Below are positions 17,926 to 31,245 of a DNA stretch of 64,000 bases, piece after piece. The notes below the pieces were generated by a model. That model saw only the letters and a program-made list of their open reading frames with translations, made no database searches and was not told the origin of the DNA. Source of the stretch: Pelomyxa schiedti. Lineage: Eukaryota; Protista; Evosea. The translations under genes were made by a program, and so were the position numbers. Position 1 is the stretch's first letter; the number at the start of each line of letters is the position of its first letter. Where the stretch lies: the NCBI GenBank assembly GCA_020536535.1, contig JAHLWZ010000448.1:62001-126000 (forward strand), read 5' to 3'.

Positions 17926-18855
17926 CTATTCTTTGGTATCTGGCTTTTTCCCAGGTGTGGGTAGCGCTCTGTGGCGCAGGGCGGATATTTGTGAAGCGGA
18001 GCCGTGGCTTATGAGGTAATTATACATGAAAGCAACGAATTCGTTGAAGTCAATTTCACCTTAAATTGGCATGAAAAATAAGTGTAAGGCACAAAAAAAT
18101 TAAACCGTTTCCATCTTGGTCAGCTTCCTTCAGAAGGAGGGTTGCTTCTTCCATAGTCACTTCATTTCCTTGTCGAGACAGAACCTCTTGTAGCTCCTAA
18201 AAACCATAAGTTTCAGACACAACAAAAAAACCACGCCCGTCACTAAACAGACATATATACAAACAATAAAAAGAGGTTGTTGCTGTAAGAGTTGGGTTGA
18301 GGGGAAAAGAAAAAAAAAAAGAAAGAAAAGAAAAGAAAATACCGAAGGAGAAATTGCACCAGAAGAATCCGAGTCAAAGAACTTAAACACTCTCCTGAAT
18401 TCCTCGGTGATTTGAGGGGGCATGCAACCCACTCCAGTTTGCGCCGGTGCACTCGCTTCTCCTTCCCCTGTGACTTCCCCTTCTGCGGCCCCTGTCTCCT
18501 CACTCCCTCCCACCTCGGCATGCCCCTCCGCCTCCCCCTGGGTCCCCGTCGCCGCCTCGTCCTCGCGCCCCTGCGGCTCCGGCTCCTTTTCCGGCACCGG
18601 GGCGGGCGGTTCCTCCTTTTCCGGCTCCGGGGCGGGCTGCACTTGCTCCTCCGGGGTCACGCGGGGCAGGGGCCTGGCGGGCGGCGTGGGCGAGGGCCGC
18701 CGCTTGGGCGGGGGGACCGGGGCGCCGCCTGTTCTGCCTTTCGGCGGGGGCACTGGCCTGCATCCTGGAGTTGCCGTCGTTGCAGCTGCTGTTGCTTCTG
18801 GCGTGGGTGTCTCTGTGCTGCAGTTGGGCTCGGAAGCTGCTGATGGGTCCATCAT
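17926..18855 (-). CDS. EF-hand (calmodulin/centrin-like, two EF-hands) protein with Pro/Glu-rich N-terminal extension
   Basis: FRRVFKFFDSDSSGAIS and EADQDGNGEIDFNEF EF-hand loops joined by two GT-AG introns; stop TAG at 17926-17928. Confidence 0.85.
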
Positions 18856-19133
18856 CGGATTTTGATTGATAAAATTTTCTGATTTTGATGGGTGTTTGGG
18901 GGGGGTGAGTGAATTGTTTAATTGTTTGGAGTTATGGGAGCTGAGGGGTCGGTGCTTGGTGCCGCGGGCAACGCGTATTTCTTTCTTTGAGTTTTTGCAT
19001 GCGTGATGTCAAATTCGTAGACAACGAAAGAATCTCAGAAGCCCTGCCGAGTTTGAAGAAGAAACAAAGTTAACAAAAATCAATAACAAAACTTTTTTTC
19101 GTCTCTTCTTAAGAACAAACAGCATCTCCGGAG

Positions 19134-21094
19134 ATGGTGGACGAGGCTCTTAGCGCGATCAAATCATCGACGGCATTCGACTTTGTAAAATCGACCTATA
19201 AATCAGCGTGAGTAACTCGTGTTCATATCCCCCGATGACCGGTTTTTTTTTTTTTTTTATCCGTAGCCGCGACACGATCTTGCAAGTGCCCGAGGTTGAA
19301 AGTCTTGTAAAAGATGCTACATCGATGGACAAATGGGGTCCAACAGCCCCCCAGATGCGACAAATAGCCGATTTGACAAGAGAATAGTATGTTCGCGCGT
19401 TCATACTTCTTTTTCTTGTTTGTGTTGTAACCTGCAATAGTTCTCAGTTTCCCATTGTCATGAATACCCTTTTTACGAGATTAAGCCATCCTGGCAAGTA
19501 TTGGCGTCATGTCTACAAGGTTTTACTTTTGGTCTTTTACAACGAGACTTGTTGTAACTATCCTTTAGTCTCTACTTGTTATTGAATATCTTCTGAAGAA
19601 TGGCTCTGAGGAGGTCGTTCGCGAATGCAGAGACAGACTCGTTGAGATACAGACACTGACAAGATTCGAGCACATTGATGAGGAAGATAATAAGGACGTG
19701 GGTCTGAATGGTAGATTTATAGTATCGGTTTCAGCCCGTCTCATCTATATCAGTAAGGGAAAGAGCAAAGCAAATTGTTGGCCTTCTCCATGATGATAAA
19801 CGCCTGAAAGAGGAGCGATCCAAGGCGCAGAAAAATAAGGACAAATTTATAGGCACTGACTCGCATTTTTGTTTGCGCAATTAACTTTTTAAGGCGTGGG
19901 CTATGATGGATCACGCTCTGGTGCTGACAATGATTACCGGCATTCAAGTTATGAATCCTCGAGCTATGACTCAGGTTCTCGTTATGACTCCGGGTCCCGG
20001 TATGACTCGGGATCACGTTATGACAGCCCGCAATCTACCCGGAGTTACGAAACACCCAGACCTCCTTCCACGGAACTGGAATATGAATACGAAGAAGCAC
20101 CAAAACCCGCACCCAAGGTGGAGACAAAAGTGGAACCACCAAAGGTTGGTTCTAAACTCACCCAAAGTAATCGTAACAGTGTGTTAGCCGAAGCCCGTCA
20201 TCGACCTCATTAGTATGTCCGAGCCAACACCTCAGCCTGCCACCCAAGCCAATTTGAGCTTCTTCAATACCCCTGCGTCCAACACTTCTCAAGTAGATTT
20301 CTTCCAAGGTAAACGTTACCATTGTCCTCCTTCCTAACTTGGCCTAGCACCTAAACCTGCTACGGTACAGCCTTCACCTGCTTTTGATCCTTTTGCACTT
20401 GGTGGTGGTAGCGGCGCTTTCACCACACCTGCACCAAAACCACAAGTGGACTTTGGAGCTTTCAATATCACACCAATTCAACCAATCAACAATATCAGCA
20501 TCCCTTCCTCTACATTCACTACAGCGTTCCCCGACTCCCAATCCACCGATTTTATGGAAGCCCCCACTGCGGTGTGTCCACCACATTGATAAATTCATAT
20601 TTTCATACTCTGGATGGGCTTCTAAACAAATTGTAGCAAGGACCAGCCAGTCTTTGGAAGTCTGACTTGGTTGATTTGTCTAATCTTGGGGCCTCTCCCG
20701 CCAAAACGGTTGGTTTTCCGCCTCCTTGAGTTGAGCTAACACAACTCAGGCACCCGCGACTAAACCTGTGAAGACCCCCATGAATGCAATGAAACCATCC
20801 ACTGGACCCGTAATATCATCAAGTGCCCTTGGGACAGCCACCCTCACACCAACCACTCTCACACCCACCCCGGCAGCCATCACACCAACCCCAATGATGT
20901 ACAACCAGCCAATGGGTGGCCGAATGGTGATGGGACCCAATGGACAACCAATGATGATTGGACCCAATGGCCAGCCCATGATGCAACCAACAATGATGAT
21001 GGTGATGGGCCCTAACGGCCAACCCATGATGGTGAATACAGGTGCAATGGGCGTGAGCCCAACACCCATTGGCTATCAACCAAGAAGGATGTAA
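19134..21094 (+). CDS. ENTH-domain protein, epsin-related (epsinR/CLINT1-like); multi-exon
   Basis: VKDATSMDKWGPT..M.QIADLT, KYWRHVYK, EYLLKNGSE, DVGLNVR ENTH motifs; DFF/FDPF motifs, LVDL clathrin-box-like motif; Met-rich C-terminus with (MMMGPNGQP)x3. Confidence 0.9.
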
Positions 21095-21192
21095 ACCATC
21101 CAGCCATTCCTTCCCGCAGTACATTCCAAATTCAACCACCAAACCCACTTCAAAATACAGGTTTTTTTTTTTGCACTCAAATTCATTTGTCC

Positions 21193-22757
21193 TTACAAAA
21201 AATGAGCTTTGCAAATTGGTTCCTTCAGTGCCCTCATTTCATACAGAGCATGGGCTATTTCCTCGATGCAGAGGGAACTGAGTTGGAGACGGAGCGTGCT
21301 ATTTGCCCCTGCGTGCGGGTGGTTGCACAGCAGAACGGCTGCGGCGCTGTTCTTCCAGTTGTAAGAGCTGTAGCAGAACTTGGCCAAGGTGTGAAGGAAT
21401 TTGGCATGGAGGTGGTCACTTGGGTCAGACAAGTCAAAGCGGCCTACTTGCTCGGATGTGCAGCCACTGGTTCTGCATATTGCCACGGGCGTGATCCATT
21501 TGGAGGGATGCAGTGGGTGCTTCCTGGTGGGTTCGTGGAATACCTCGAGAAGTCCATCCTGGTACATAAGCTGCAGAAGGACAGTGTGCCGGGGTTCCGG
21601 AGTCCTCTCTTTTTGGCACATAAGGAAAACATCAGGAAAGAGATATGCGGTGGCGGTCTGGGTATTCTGTAGGTCAAGACGGATATGCCTGTTTTTATTT
21701 CCTATTAGTTTTATTTGCTGTATTTATCCTGCACATTCCAAATGAAAGGTAGAGTACATGTAAAGTTCTCTCGTTGTGGGCCAGACTCCTTTATAGGCAA
21801 CAAGCTTAGGTGCAAGTTGAAGGGCAGCTTCTATTCTATCAGTAACTCTCTTCGCTTTTAGATAGACTTCGATTGTTGTGATTTGAACTTTTGAATTGAA
21901 TTTTGGTGGGACTTACAGTCCTGTACTACTTTCAGACCATTGAGAATAATTGTAAGATCTTTTTGCATTGGTGACGAGGGCTCTATTGTCCTTTGAAGAT
22001 CCTGTTTGTTCTTTAGTAAGGGATGGTTCGGCTCACATGAAAGTGAACTGAAAAAAGGAGCAGGTATCTGGGGATCCTGCAAAGTTGGGTTTTAATCAGG
22101 CACTCTAAGTTAAGACCTTGCATTGTTGCTGAATAATCTAAATCCTTAATTGTATCAGACTTCAGGTATAATTTATTGGAGTTAGTACCTCGAGAAATTT
22201 TTTCCACTGGGGATTGTTCTGCTTTATTTTGGGCATAATAGCTTGGGCCTGTCCATATGACCTCGCGACGTAATTATACAATTCAAGTAGGTTCGTTGTT
22301 TGCTGTTAGCATGAAGGGTGTAAACACTTTGCAACGGAGAAGAAAAAAAGAACAAAAGTTTCCAGAACCCAGTACTCACTATCCATGCTTTGAATACATT
22401 AATAGCGTCCGGAACAAGCGATTCCTCTGGAATACACCCCAACTGCTCATACAACCTTTGTTTTGCGTTTACCGAGAAATTGGTTTAAAACAGCGAGGTG
22501 GGTCAAACCACAATTCCAAACAAGCAAGGGCTAGAAACCAAACAACAGCAATGATGAAGCAGCAACAAAAACCTTCCGTGTGTTTCCAGCAGTAATTCCA
22601 GGGAGTCAAATATGGTGAGATCCTCGCTGTCCAAAACCTCCTTTCCATACGACGAGTACAACCGCGAAATGGACATGCACCACAAGAAGGTCTTCTCAGA
22701 ATGCCTTAACTCCTCGCAAACACTCATTGATCTCTTCTTACGTGCCACTGCGTCCAT
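21193..22757 (-). CDS. Small divergent RhoGEF (DH domain, probable PH-like region); multi-exon
   Basis: DH motifs RSMSVCEELRHSEKTFL, IFDSLELLLETHGRF, LECLIKTQLCRIPRYLLLF..L.KN; start and independence from the upstream caspase-like gene not certain. Confidence 0.7.
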
Positions 22758-22904
22758 ATCCCACAGCTACTTCTTTTCTTTGTGGCGGTTATTTGGCTCA
22801 AGGATTTGGATTGTACAATTTCATTCAAAGAATATCGTCTGATTAAAGATCTCGCGAATGGCACTACTCTTGGGCGGTGTTGAGTGTACGGGCAGGGGAA
22901 CTGT

Positions 22905-25250
22905 TCAGAATAGTGCAAAGCGAGTGGTACTACTCTTGCAGATCCAAGGAATCTGGTGGCCAGTGTCCTTAACAAGCTGCATGGTTTCGTCAACAATGTG
23001 GTTAAATGACGTTCCTGGCTTTGCCTGCTCCACTACTGTGTGATGGGTCAGAAAAAAAAAAGATTTCGAAGATTGCTACAACCTTCAAGGAAACAGCCAG
23101 TGAAGTGTCCATGGTTATGTTGGCTTGGCAAAGTGCAGTGATCCGACGGATTCTCGCCAGCATAAATCACAAGGCTTTCATTCGGCAACCTTACTTCCTG
23201 GACTTTGGAGTTGGTGAGAGTGAATTGAATGATAAGATGTGCTGAAAAGACACACGCTGGTCTCTCGGTTTTCGAAGTGCACAAAACAAGTGTCAAGAAT
23301 GAAAATTGACAGGTCAGATGATGTACTTATTTCCATCATAAAATCATCAAGCTGTGCCGTATGCCTCGGTTCATTTTCAGCATATGTGCTATCTATCATC
23401 ATCAAGGACTTGTGTCCTTGAACCTCCTTTCCTGAGCCGGCATAGTAAAAAACACTGGAAACCTGGAATAGCAAAATGACACTTTGTATTTGTAACAGTG
23501 TACCTTCATGTGGTCTCTTTTTACTTCATGCAGTTTGTTCTTAAAGGTTTGTGTGAGGCTAACCCACTCTTCCAGCGTCCTGATGTTTTCCTGATAGAAT
23601 ACTTCAAAATTGCACCTGGTCTCTAGGAGCTGGGTATATCTGAACTTAGGAAGTAGAGAGGCAATAAACCTTCGAAACTGATTTCGCGTCTTTGATACAG
23701 TTCTGTAATGGAAGTTTTGGATAAGACTCGTTTCCAACAACAAATGCAAAACACTTGTAGTTCAACTCTGTTGATAACACACGCGACATGCCCTCACAAA
23801 GTGGGTTTGGAGAAACTATTGTTTTGGGTGAGGCCTGGTCTTCTTGGCACTGCTGCCCAGTATCTTGATCGTTCCCCTGTGACCCTGTGTCTTCCATCAT
23901 TTTTTTGAGTATTTCTTCCACAATATATTCTGCATCTACAACAGGAACACCAAGGTCACACAACTGTTCTTTTGAGAGATTGACAAGTGTTCTTCCCTGT
24001 AGTTTGTTGGCTCTGATCACCTTCAAACAGTTGTCACTAGCCCCAGCAGACCCAAGCCAGAAACAGACTTGATCCAGGTCGGCTGTTTGAATTTGAAATG
24101 GGGGCTGTGGGGGTGGCCCCAGAGGTTTTTCAGGAGGTGTTGTCTCCAGTTTCAATTCCAAATCAAGTGGGTTGGAAGAGATGGATGGTAAGGGAGCCAA
24201 AGATGTAGTGGGTGAATTACCTGTTGTGGTTGATTTTCCCAGTTCTGTGGAGGAAGGAACTTCCCCTCCCACCTTGGTTGGTGCGAGTGGTTCAACTGAT
24301 GTTGGTGGCTCAGAAATTATCTTTTGAATGGTTTCTCCTTTTAGACCAAGAGCAAGGGAAAAATAAAACGCCTCAGTAATGTCAATGAACTCATCTCGAA
24401 CATCCGGGTATTCGACATATACATCGCTCACAAGGATATGCTGATCTTGCAGTGTTACGAGCCACCCTAAGTCCAGAGAGATGAGGTCAACTGAAGTTCG
24501 AGGCACCGGAACTCCTTTGTTCCCAAGCATCACATCAATGGGAGGGAGCCATGGTATTTGACGCTGTTGGCGAAGAGGAGTGAGATAGTACACAACCTTG
24601 AAACACATGCAGGTGCTAAACCAGCGATACAAAGTAGCCACAAAACAAGCCACGGATCCGTCTTGGAAATCGCCACTGGGTATCTCAAAATTTCCCCGGC
24701 TGGTCCTTTGAATTAAGTTGTGCACTGGCTGAGCCGGTATGGCCAGTTGTTTCAGAAAATGGTACACTTCTTTCATAGAATCACATATTCCTCCGTGCAG
24801 ATACAAACCACTGGTTCCATCGACGCACACCACCTCCATCAGCCGTACAACCTTGGTTACAGCGGTTACAGCGTCAGAATCATCACCGATCCCATGTACG
24901 CAGTGAGGCTCCACGCACAGTAAGAGCACAGACTGCCGCAGTGCGACGTGAACCCCTGGTTTGTTTCCATTACCGGGGACTACCGATTTCGCCCACGAAT
25001 AGGCGGCACCGAAGCCCGGGGTGGACACGGCAACTACAAAGTCGAAAGCATGAGCCTTCACTTCCTTCCCAGGAGGCGCCACCACGCGCCGCACCGACGT
25101 CACCCCAGACGCCCTGAGGAAACACTCCACGAGCAGGGCGTAGGGGGCCACGTTGGGAAGAAAGCACATGCAACAGCCACCCCCGGCAGCTTTCGTGCCG
25201 CCTCCTTGATCGAGCGCGGCGGCCTGTTGCGTCGAAGCGTCGTTGCCCAT
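22905..25250 (-). CDS. Putatively myristoylated SAM-domain plus caspase-like (peptidase C14/paracaspase-type) protein, catalytic His replaced by Ser
   Basis: MGNDAS N-terminus; SAM-like VCFWLGSAG...IRANKLQGRTLVNLSKEQLCDLGV; C14 motifs AFVVGNESY..PLQNCIKDA, VFYYAGSG, FILDTC, GHFTGCFL, QIPW..SS.RFALF*. Confidence 0.75.
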
Positions 25251-25372
25251 TGTCGCTGGAAAAAACACACAGAGAACAGGGTCTTAAAAAAGTGCCAACG
25301 ATTTTGTCCACGAGGCGAATTATTTCTGATGTTGCGTTTGGGTACTCGAGGGATGGGATGTTCCTTTAGGGG

Positions 25373-27744
25373 TTAGTCCCAGTAGTTTATCTTGCCATCC
25401 CAGCCACATGTGACAACTCTGGAGGCTTCAATTGGGTGCCACTCACAGCCAATGCATACCCCGTGATGTGCGTATATCACCCTATTTGCTTGGTTGGTTG
25501 TTTGTGGTGTTTGTTGTGTTCTTCATACTTCAAGGGCTGACATGTTTTCCAGTCCCAGAACCATATCTTTCCTTCACCGTCACCGCTTATAAGGAAGTGG
25601 GCATCGGCGGAAAATCCAAGCTTTGGAGTTTTAGTGAAAATCTAACTCAGAAAGAAGGGTGGTACTTGACACGCGAAGCCAGCTGCAATATGCCCAGTGA
25701 ACCGCTTTTTCCTGTTGAGTTTGAATCTATCTGTGGCACTGTACACAAATATTTGGTTGTCCAGAGACTGACAGACGAACCACTTCCCATTGGGGTGTGT
25801 GGCAACAGCAGGCATACTACGGAGGTTTTAGAGTTCACAAAAAAAGAGATAACATAAAATTACCTGTGCATATGTGGTTCACTGTACCAAACAAGGAGTT
25901 GTTGTTAATAGTTTTCTAATAAAAAAAATCAAACCTGATGTATTTGATGGGTACAGGTATTCCCCATTCCCATATTCTGAGGGACTTGTCATCTGAACTG
26001 CTAACAAATCTCCTGTTCTGATCAATGAAAGTAACTGTGTTCACAGCACCCAAATGTTGATCATACTCCAAAACAGTTGCTTTGGTGCGAATATCCCACT
26101 GGAGAATCTGTTATCAAGCTAAGTACTAATTCTGCTCCCAGAAAGGAAATTTACTTTTTTATCAGCACATCCAGCCAGAAACTCATTTTGTCCTCCCTCT
26201 GGATAAAGCTTCACACAATAGGGTATCTTGCTATGCATAAAAGTGGCTATAACATCGCCAGTTTCTGTATCCCAGTATTTGACCATCCTATCATAACTGC
26301 AGCTCAGGAAGCGAGTACCATCTGCGTTGAATGCAAGGTCCCGCACTCCTTTCTGGTGACCAATATAGGTTCGGACACAACCCATTGTATTGTAAACATC
26401 CCATATCTTGCGGAGTAAGGGAAAACGTTTCTAACTAAAAGGAGAACAGGGTGTACCTTCACGTCATTATCCAAGCCTCCAGAGAGAACAAGATGCCCAT
26501 AGCGAGGGAAAAGACGAACGCAAGCAACACCCTTGGTGTGGCCGGTCCTAAGGGACATGAGTTTTTCTCTTTTTGTTGTGCTGTGCCATACCATGTGTGT
26601 ATCCACTTCTTTGGAAGAAAACACTTGTGAGGATAGGGTTTGAGATCAGTCGGTGGCATCATGAATGTTCGACCCTGATAGTCATACAACTCCGGAAGAT
26701 GGAAAATGGAGGTGATTTCCTTCTTTTCTCCTTGGGGTTGAGGAGGCGGTGTATTGGCAGGGTCGGCAGTGGGAGGTTTTGAACTCGTTTCAGTACTTTT
26801 TGCTGGAGTTGTGGCAGTTGTAGTTTGTGCAGAATCCTGTGTTACGGCCGTTTCTTCAGTGCCCTGTGAAGAGGTCAGGATACCCCTCAAGAGGGGACTT
26901 TTACCAGGGTTACTTCCTCTTCGTCATCAACATCACAATCAGGTCGGGCCCACGGGCCAAGAAACTGACCACCCCCTGCACGGCCACCCCGATTTTTGGA
27001 GACCTCGGTATTTTTTGGAATAATGGGCTTACCTGCAACGATTACAGTGAGTACACAGACTGAAAGGGTGATTGGAAGTACTTTGTGAGGTTTCTGAGGC
27101 TACAGCAGCCAAAGCAGAGTGGTGGATCAAATATTCCGAGTCGAAGGCATGTTGGTCAATGTAAACATCCTCAACAAATCCAGTCACCATGTTCTTTTCG
27201 AAGCCAAGTGCCTTTTTGTGTGGCTGCACAGGTCCCTTTGGAATAGTGACAATGTCCTCGTATGCTTAACAAGTCCAAGGCATCCACAAAAGAAAAAAAG
27301 GAAAAAAAAAGTTCACGAGATGGGGGACCTATCATTAAGCTGTGAAATTACGAAACCGTAAGCAACAAGGACATGCTTGGATTATGGAACAGTTCTCTAT
27401 GAAGCGAATCAGTAGTAAAAGCCTCTTTTCTCTGCACGAAGAGGGAAAAACCAAAACTTAGCATCGTTTCATCGTAAAATTACACAAAACATATATATAT
27501 ATATATATATATAAAAGGGAAATAAAACCACCCAACAACGATCCCATAACCACAATAAACGTACCAATACGTCTTTGACCGCCGGGGTGATTTCAGCCAA
27601 CGCCATGCTCTTCGCCACATCTCGCAACGACGTGGCCCCCATCGCTGCGCTCCCCGTCGCGTCGCTGTTCGTCGACGACCCCTCGGCCGAAGATGTCTCG
27701 CTGCCTGCGTCGCCCTCGCCGTACGCGCTAAGCAACTTGTCCAT
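25373..27744 (-). CDS. CDC40: Pre-mRNA splicing factor Prp17/CDC40 (WD40); multi-exon
   Basis: [71 protein letters not shown]. Confidence 0.95.
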
Positions 27745-27860
27745 GTGTCCTTATTGTCTTAAATCTGGGCAACTGAATTTTCCCTTGAGAGATTGGACGG
27801 TCAGGACTCTGGCAAAATGTTTTGGTGGATATTCGAAGAAACAAGAACGCGTCTGAGACG

Positions 27861-30724
27861 ATGGGTCAAGACCAGGGTACGTTGAAGAACGCGAAGGGCG
27901 AGGCAGAGGCGATGATAGATAATGCCGACCACTTATTCTCGAGCCCAGAATGTCGTCGCGAAGCCGTTCTGCGCTGGGTGGCCGCGGCGAACCTGGGCCA
28001 TCCGACGGCGGCCGTGAACGCGGGCTGGTGCCACCTCCGAGGCCTCGGGATAGAGCGGGACCCCGCCGCCGCCCTCGGTTTCTTCCGCCGCGCGGCCGAC
28101 GCCGGCTACGCCGACGGCGCCGCCTCGGCCGCTTTCTGCCAGCAGTGGGGCATCGGGTGCTCCCCGGACCCCTCCAAAGCCGTCGCGCTCTATCGCGCCG
28201 CCTGCGAGGCCGCCCCCGCGTCCCCCATCGCCCTCGTGAACCTGGGCTGGTGCCTGCTGCGCGGCGTCGGCGTCGAGCCCGACCCCGCGGCGGCCGCCGA
28301 GCTTCTCCGCCGCGCGGCCGAGATGGACGACCCCGCGGCCCACACGGCGCTGGGCTGGCGCCACGTCCACGGCGGCGACTCGGCCCTCGCCCTGGACATG
28401 TTCCGCCGGGCCGCGGAGGGGGGCGACGAGTGCGGCCTGGGGTGGTGCCACCAAGTGGGCTGCGGCCTCGAGCGGGACCCCGCCGCGGCCGCCGCGATCT
28501 ACCGGCGGGGAGCCGAGGAGATGCTCCCGGCGGCCATGATTTGCCTGGGGCTGTGCTACGAGAGCGGGCAGGGGGTGCCTTGCAGCGCAGGGGAGGCCGC
28601 GTCGCTGTACAGCCGGGCTGCTGCAATTGGGGGGCCGTCTGCGTTTACTACGCTGGGGGTGTGCTTTGAACAGGGCAACTTTGTGGAGCGGAGCGTGGAG
28701 AGGGCTATTGACCTGTACAGGAGGGGTGCTTGTTGTGGCGACCCGGATGCGATTTTCCGCCTGGCCAGGTGCCTGAAAAACACCTGTGAAGGCTCAAGTG
28801 AAGCGTTGTTTCTATTTTCCCAGGCTGCCGCATTCGGCCACAAAGAAGCTGAAAAGGCTCTTAAATCCTATGAAGGTGGTGTCTCTTCTGTCCCGTCAAA
28901 CGGTTATTTTCACGAATTGCTTTCGTTTACAGCTTAAATCAACTTTCAGGTTTTCCCACATCGTTGCATGAGCCAGAAAACTCTCCTGTACTTCCATTCC
29001 CAGGCTCCTCACACAAAGCGCAGAAACAGAGTCTCATGATTAACAAAGAAAATGAGGCATTACAAAGAATGAGGGAAGAAAACGAGACATTAAAAGCAAA
29101 ATTAAAGGATGAAAAGGCAGTTCAAGAAACACTGAAGGAAGAAAATGAGACATTAAAAGAAAAAGTGAAGGAAGAAAGTACATTAAAAGAAAAGATGGCT
29201 GAGGCATTACAAAAAATGAGAGAAGAAAATGAGACACTAAAAGCAATAGTGCAAGAAGAAGCTGCAATAAACAAAAAAGTGAAGGAAGAAAATGAGGTAT
29301 TAACAACAACAATGAAGGAGATAAAGGAAAAGGCAGATAACTCAGAGATACAGCGCATCAGTGTAACAGGAAAGAAATTGCAGCAGGACCACTGCACATT
29401 CAACAGAGGCGAACTGGCGCTCTTGGACCTTGACAGGCTTGATCTGAACACTGCACAACTTCTTGGTGGTGGATGCAATGGCTGTGTAAGCAGCGCTGTT
29501 GTCAAGCCACCTGATGATAATATGGCCCATTCTTCCGGGTCGGAGAGGAGAAAAGTTGCACTCAAAATGATGTTCAACTACAGTGCTGGTGTACAAACAC
29601 GGCTTCAAAAGGTCTTCTTTGAAAGAGAGGCTGAGGTTGGTCTCATACACCCACACTGGTGTTGTGCCAACGTCTGCAGTACCTTTAGGGCTAAAACCCA
29701 GTGGAACCTCATACCACCCAAGATCAGACCCAAGTACACAATTGTGAACGACAGCATGATTCGGGTTGGAGGCTATGAGCACGGGGATGGTACACCAGTT
29801 TTTGAAAGAACCACTTACATTACGATGGAACTTGGGGAATACAACCTGCAGTCTGCCTTAAGTAATGCACTTGGACATTACGGAGCAACACAAGGCCAAT
29901 TCGAACAACCCAATCTACCACAGCTCACATTCTGCTTGCTTTGTGCATGTTACAACTTCAATTCAAATGACTGGTTCCACTGTGACATCAAACTTGACAA
30001 CGTCCTCGCAATGAAACGACCTGGCATTTCCGGGTTGCTATGGGTTCTCTGCGATTTCGGGACAGCCCAGCACCCTGTGAATGGTGAGTTTATATGCCCA
30101 CAAGGTGAGACCTTTCCAGGGTGCGAAGCGAACCGGTCACCAGAGTGCCGTCACCCACAGAAAATTCCGCCGAGATACCTCAAATACCTTCTGACAAAGA
30201 ACGATGTCTGGGCAATCGGCTGCGTAATTTACGAGTGTGTGTGCGGCAAACACCCATACCACAGCGGAAACGTCACTGACACGCCATTGCTGGAATCCCA
30301 GGAACCTTTCAGCATTCCCCCAGACAAGAGAGTATACAATCCAGAGGCAGCGGCGATGGCCTGCCACTTGCTTGAGCGAGATACCAACAAGAGACCAACA
30401 GCTAAACAAGCAATGCTCGTGTGTGGCGCACTCATGTTCCTGCCACCACCGCACCCAGCCAACCTCTGCTCCACATCTGCATCACTGTTCGAGGAATCAC
30501 GCGCGTTCTTCAGCAGCCCTGAAAACACACCAGCCATCCAGTCCATGATTTGGGAGATACACAAGGACAACGTGACAGCGCTGGAGGCGTTACACTCACC
30601 ACCGACTGTCGACCAACTGTCATCATTGGTGTTCACAAACGAGGTTCTGAACAGCCCCTCTCTGTTTGTGTCTTCCTTGTGTGCCTTTTGTGAGTCGAGG
30701 AAATCTTCTCTCACCTCTCCCTAA
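27861..30724 (+). CDS. Sel1-like repeat + coiled-coil + protein kinase (PINK1-like kinase motifs); one intron 28903-28949
   Basis: About 8 Sel1 repeats (LGWC..G.GVE.D...A...YRRAA); EENETLK heptad repeats; kinase LGGGCNGCV, VALKMMFNY, HCDIKLDN, LCDFG, KNDVWAIG; intron joins the two ORFs in frame. Confidence 0.85.
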
Positions 30725-31245
30725 CAACCTAATAATTTCTTTTGGTATTTTTTGGTACATATGATAAAGGCCCTCGTAACTGCACCTTGTGCGACACCAC
30801 TTTTCCCTCCAACTTGGAATGTACAGGCATGTCAAGGAAGACCGCATTTTTAAAAATTCTTTAATTAAAGTCTTAAAAAGTAATTAAATTTGCCATTTGG
30901 AGGGGCTGAACTTTTTTTCTCTCAATCAACACCACCTTCGTTGAGAAAAGTCTCCAGTGACAAGGCTTTGAATTGGGACACCAATCTCAATATTCCGGAG
31001 ACAAAAATAGACCTACTCGGGCTTCTGGAAAACAGGGTTCTCAAAGCAGCTGTTGATACTTGATACAACTAGCACAGGGACGGATTAATCAAACCCTGAC
31101 TTTTTTGATTATGCTCATCAAATACAAGAGGTGCACTCCATTCCACAGTTGTCGCTACATTCGCCTTTGTGTGAGCGGATTGCAAGTTGTGTGTCACACA
31201 ACCACATTGAGTAACTTTTTTTTCCCTAGGTGAAGTTACAGCACC

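Noticed and set aside
27751-28669. Long Arg/Gly/Pro-rich overlapping ORFs
   Set aside because: Shadow frames of the GC-rich Sel1 exon; same applies to overlapping ORFs at 5.9-6.5, 7.4-8.1, 18.4-18.9 and 45.3-46.1 kb
30760-30850. C2H2 zinc-finger-like fragment (CTLCDTTFPS...RH)
   Set aside because: Needs a frameshift, very short, and not connectable to a gene
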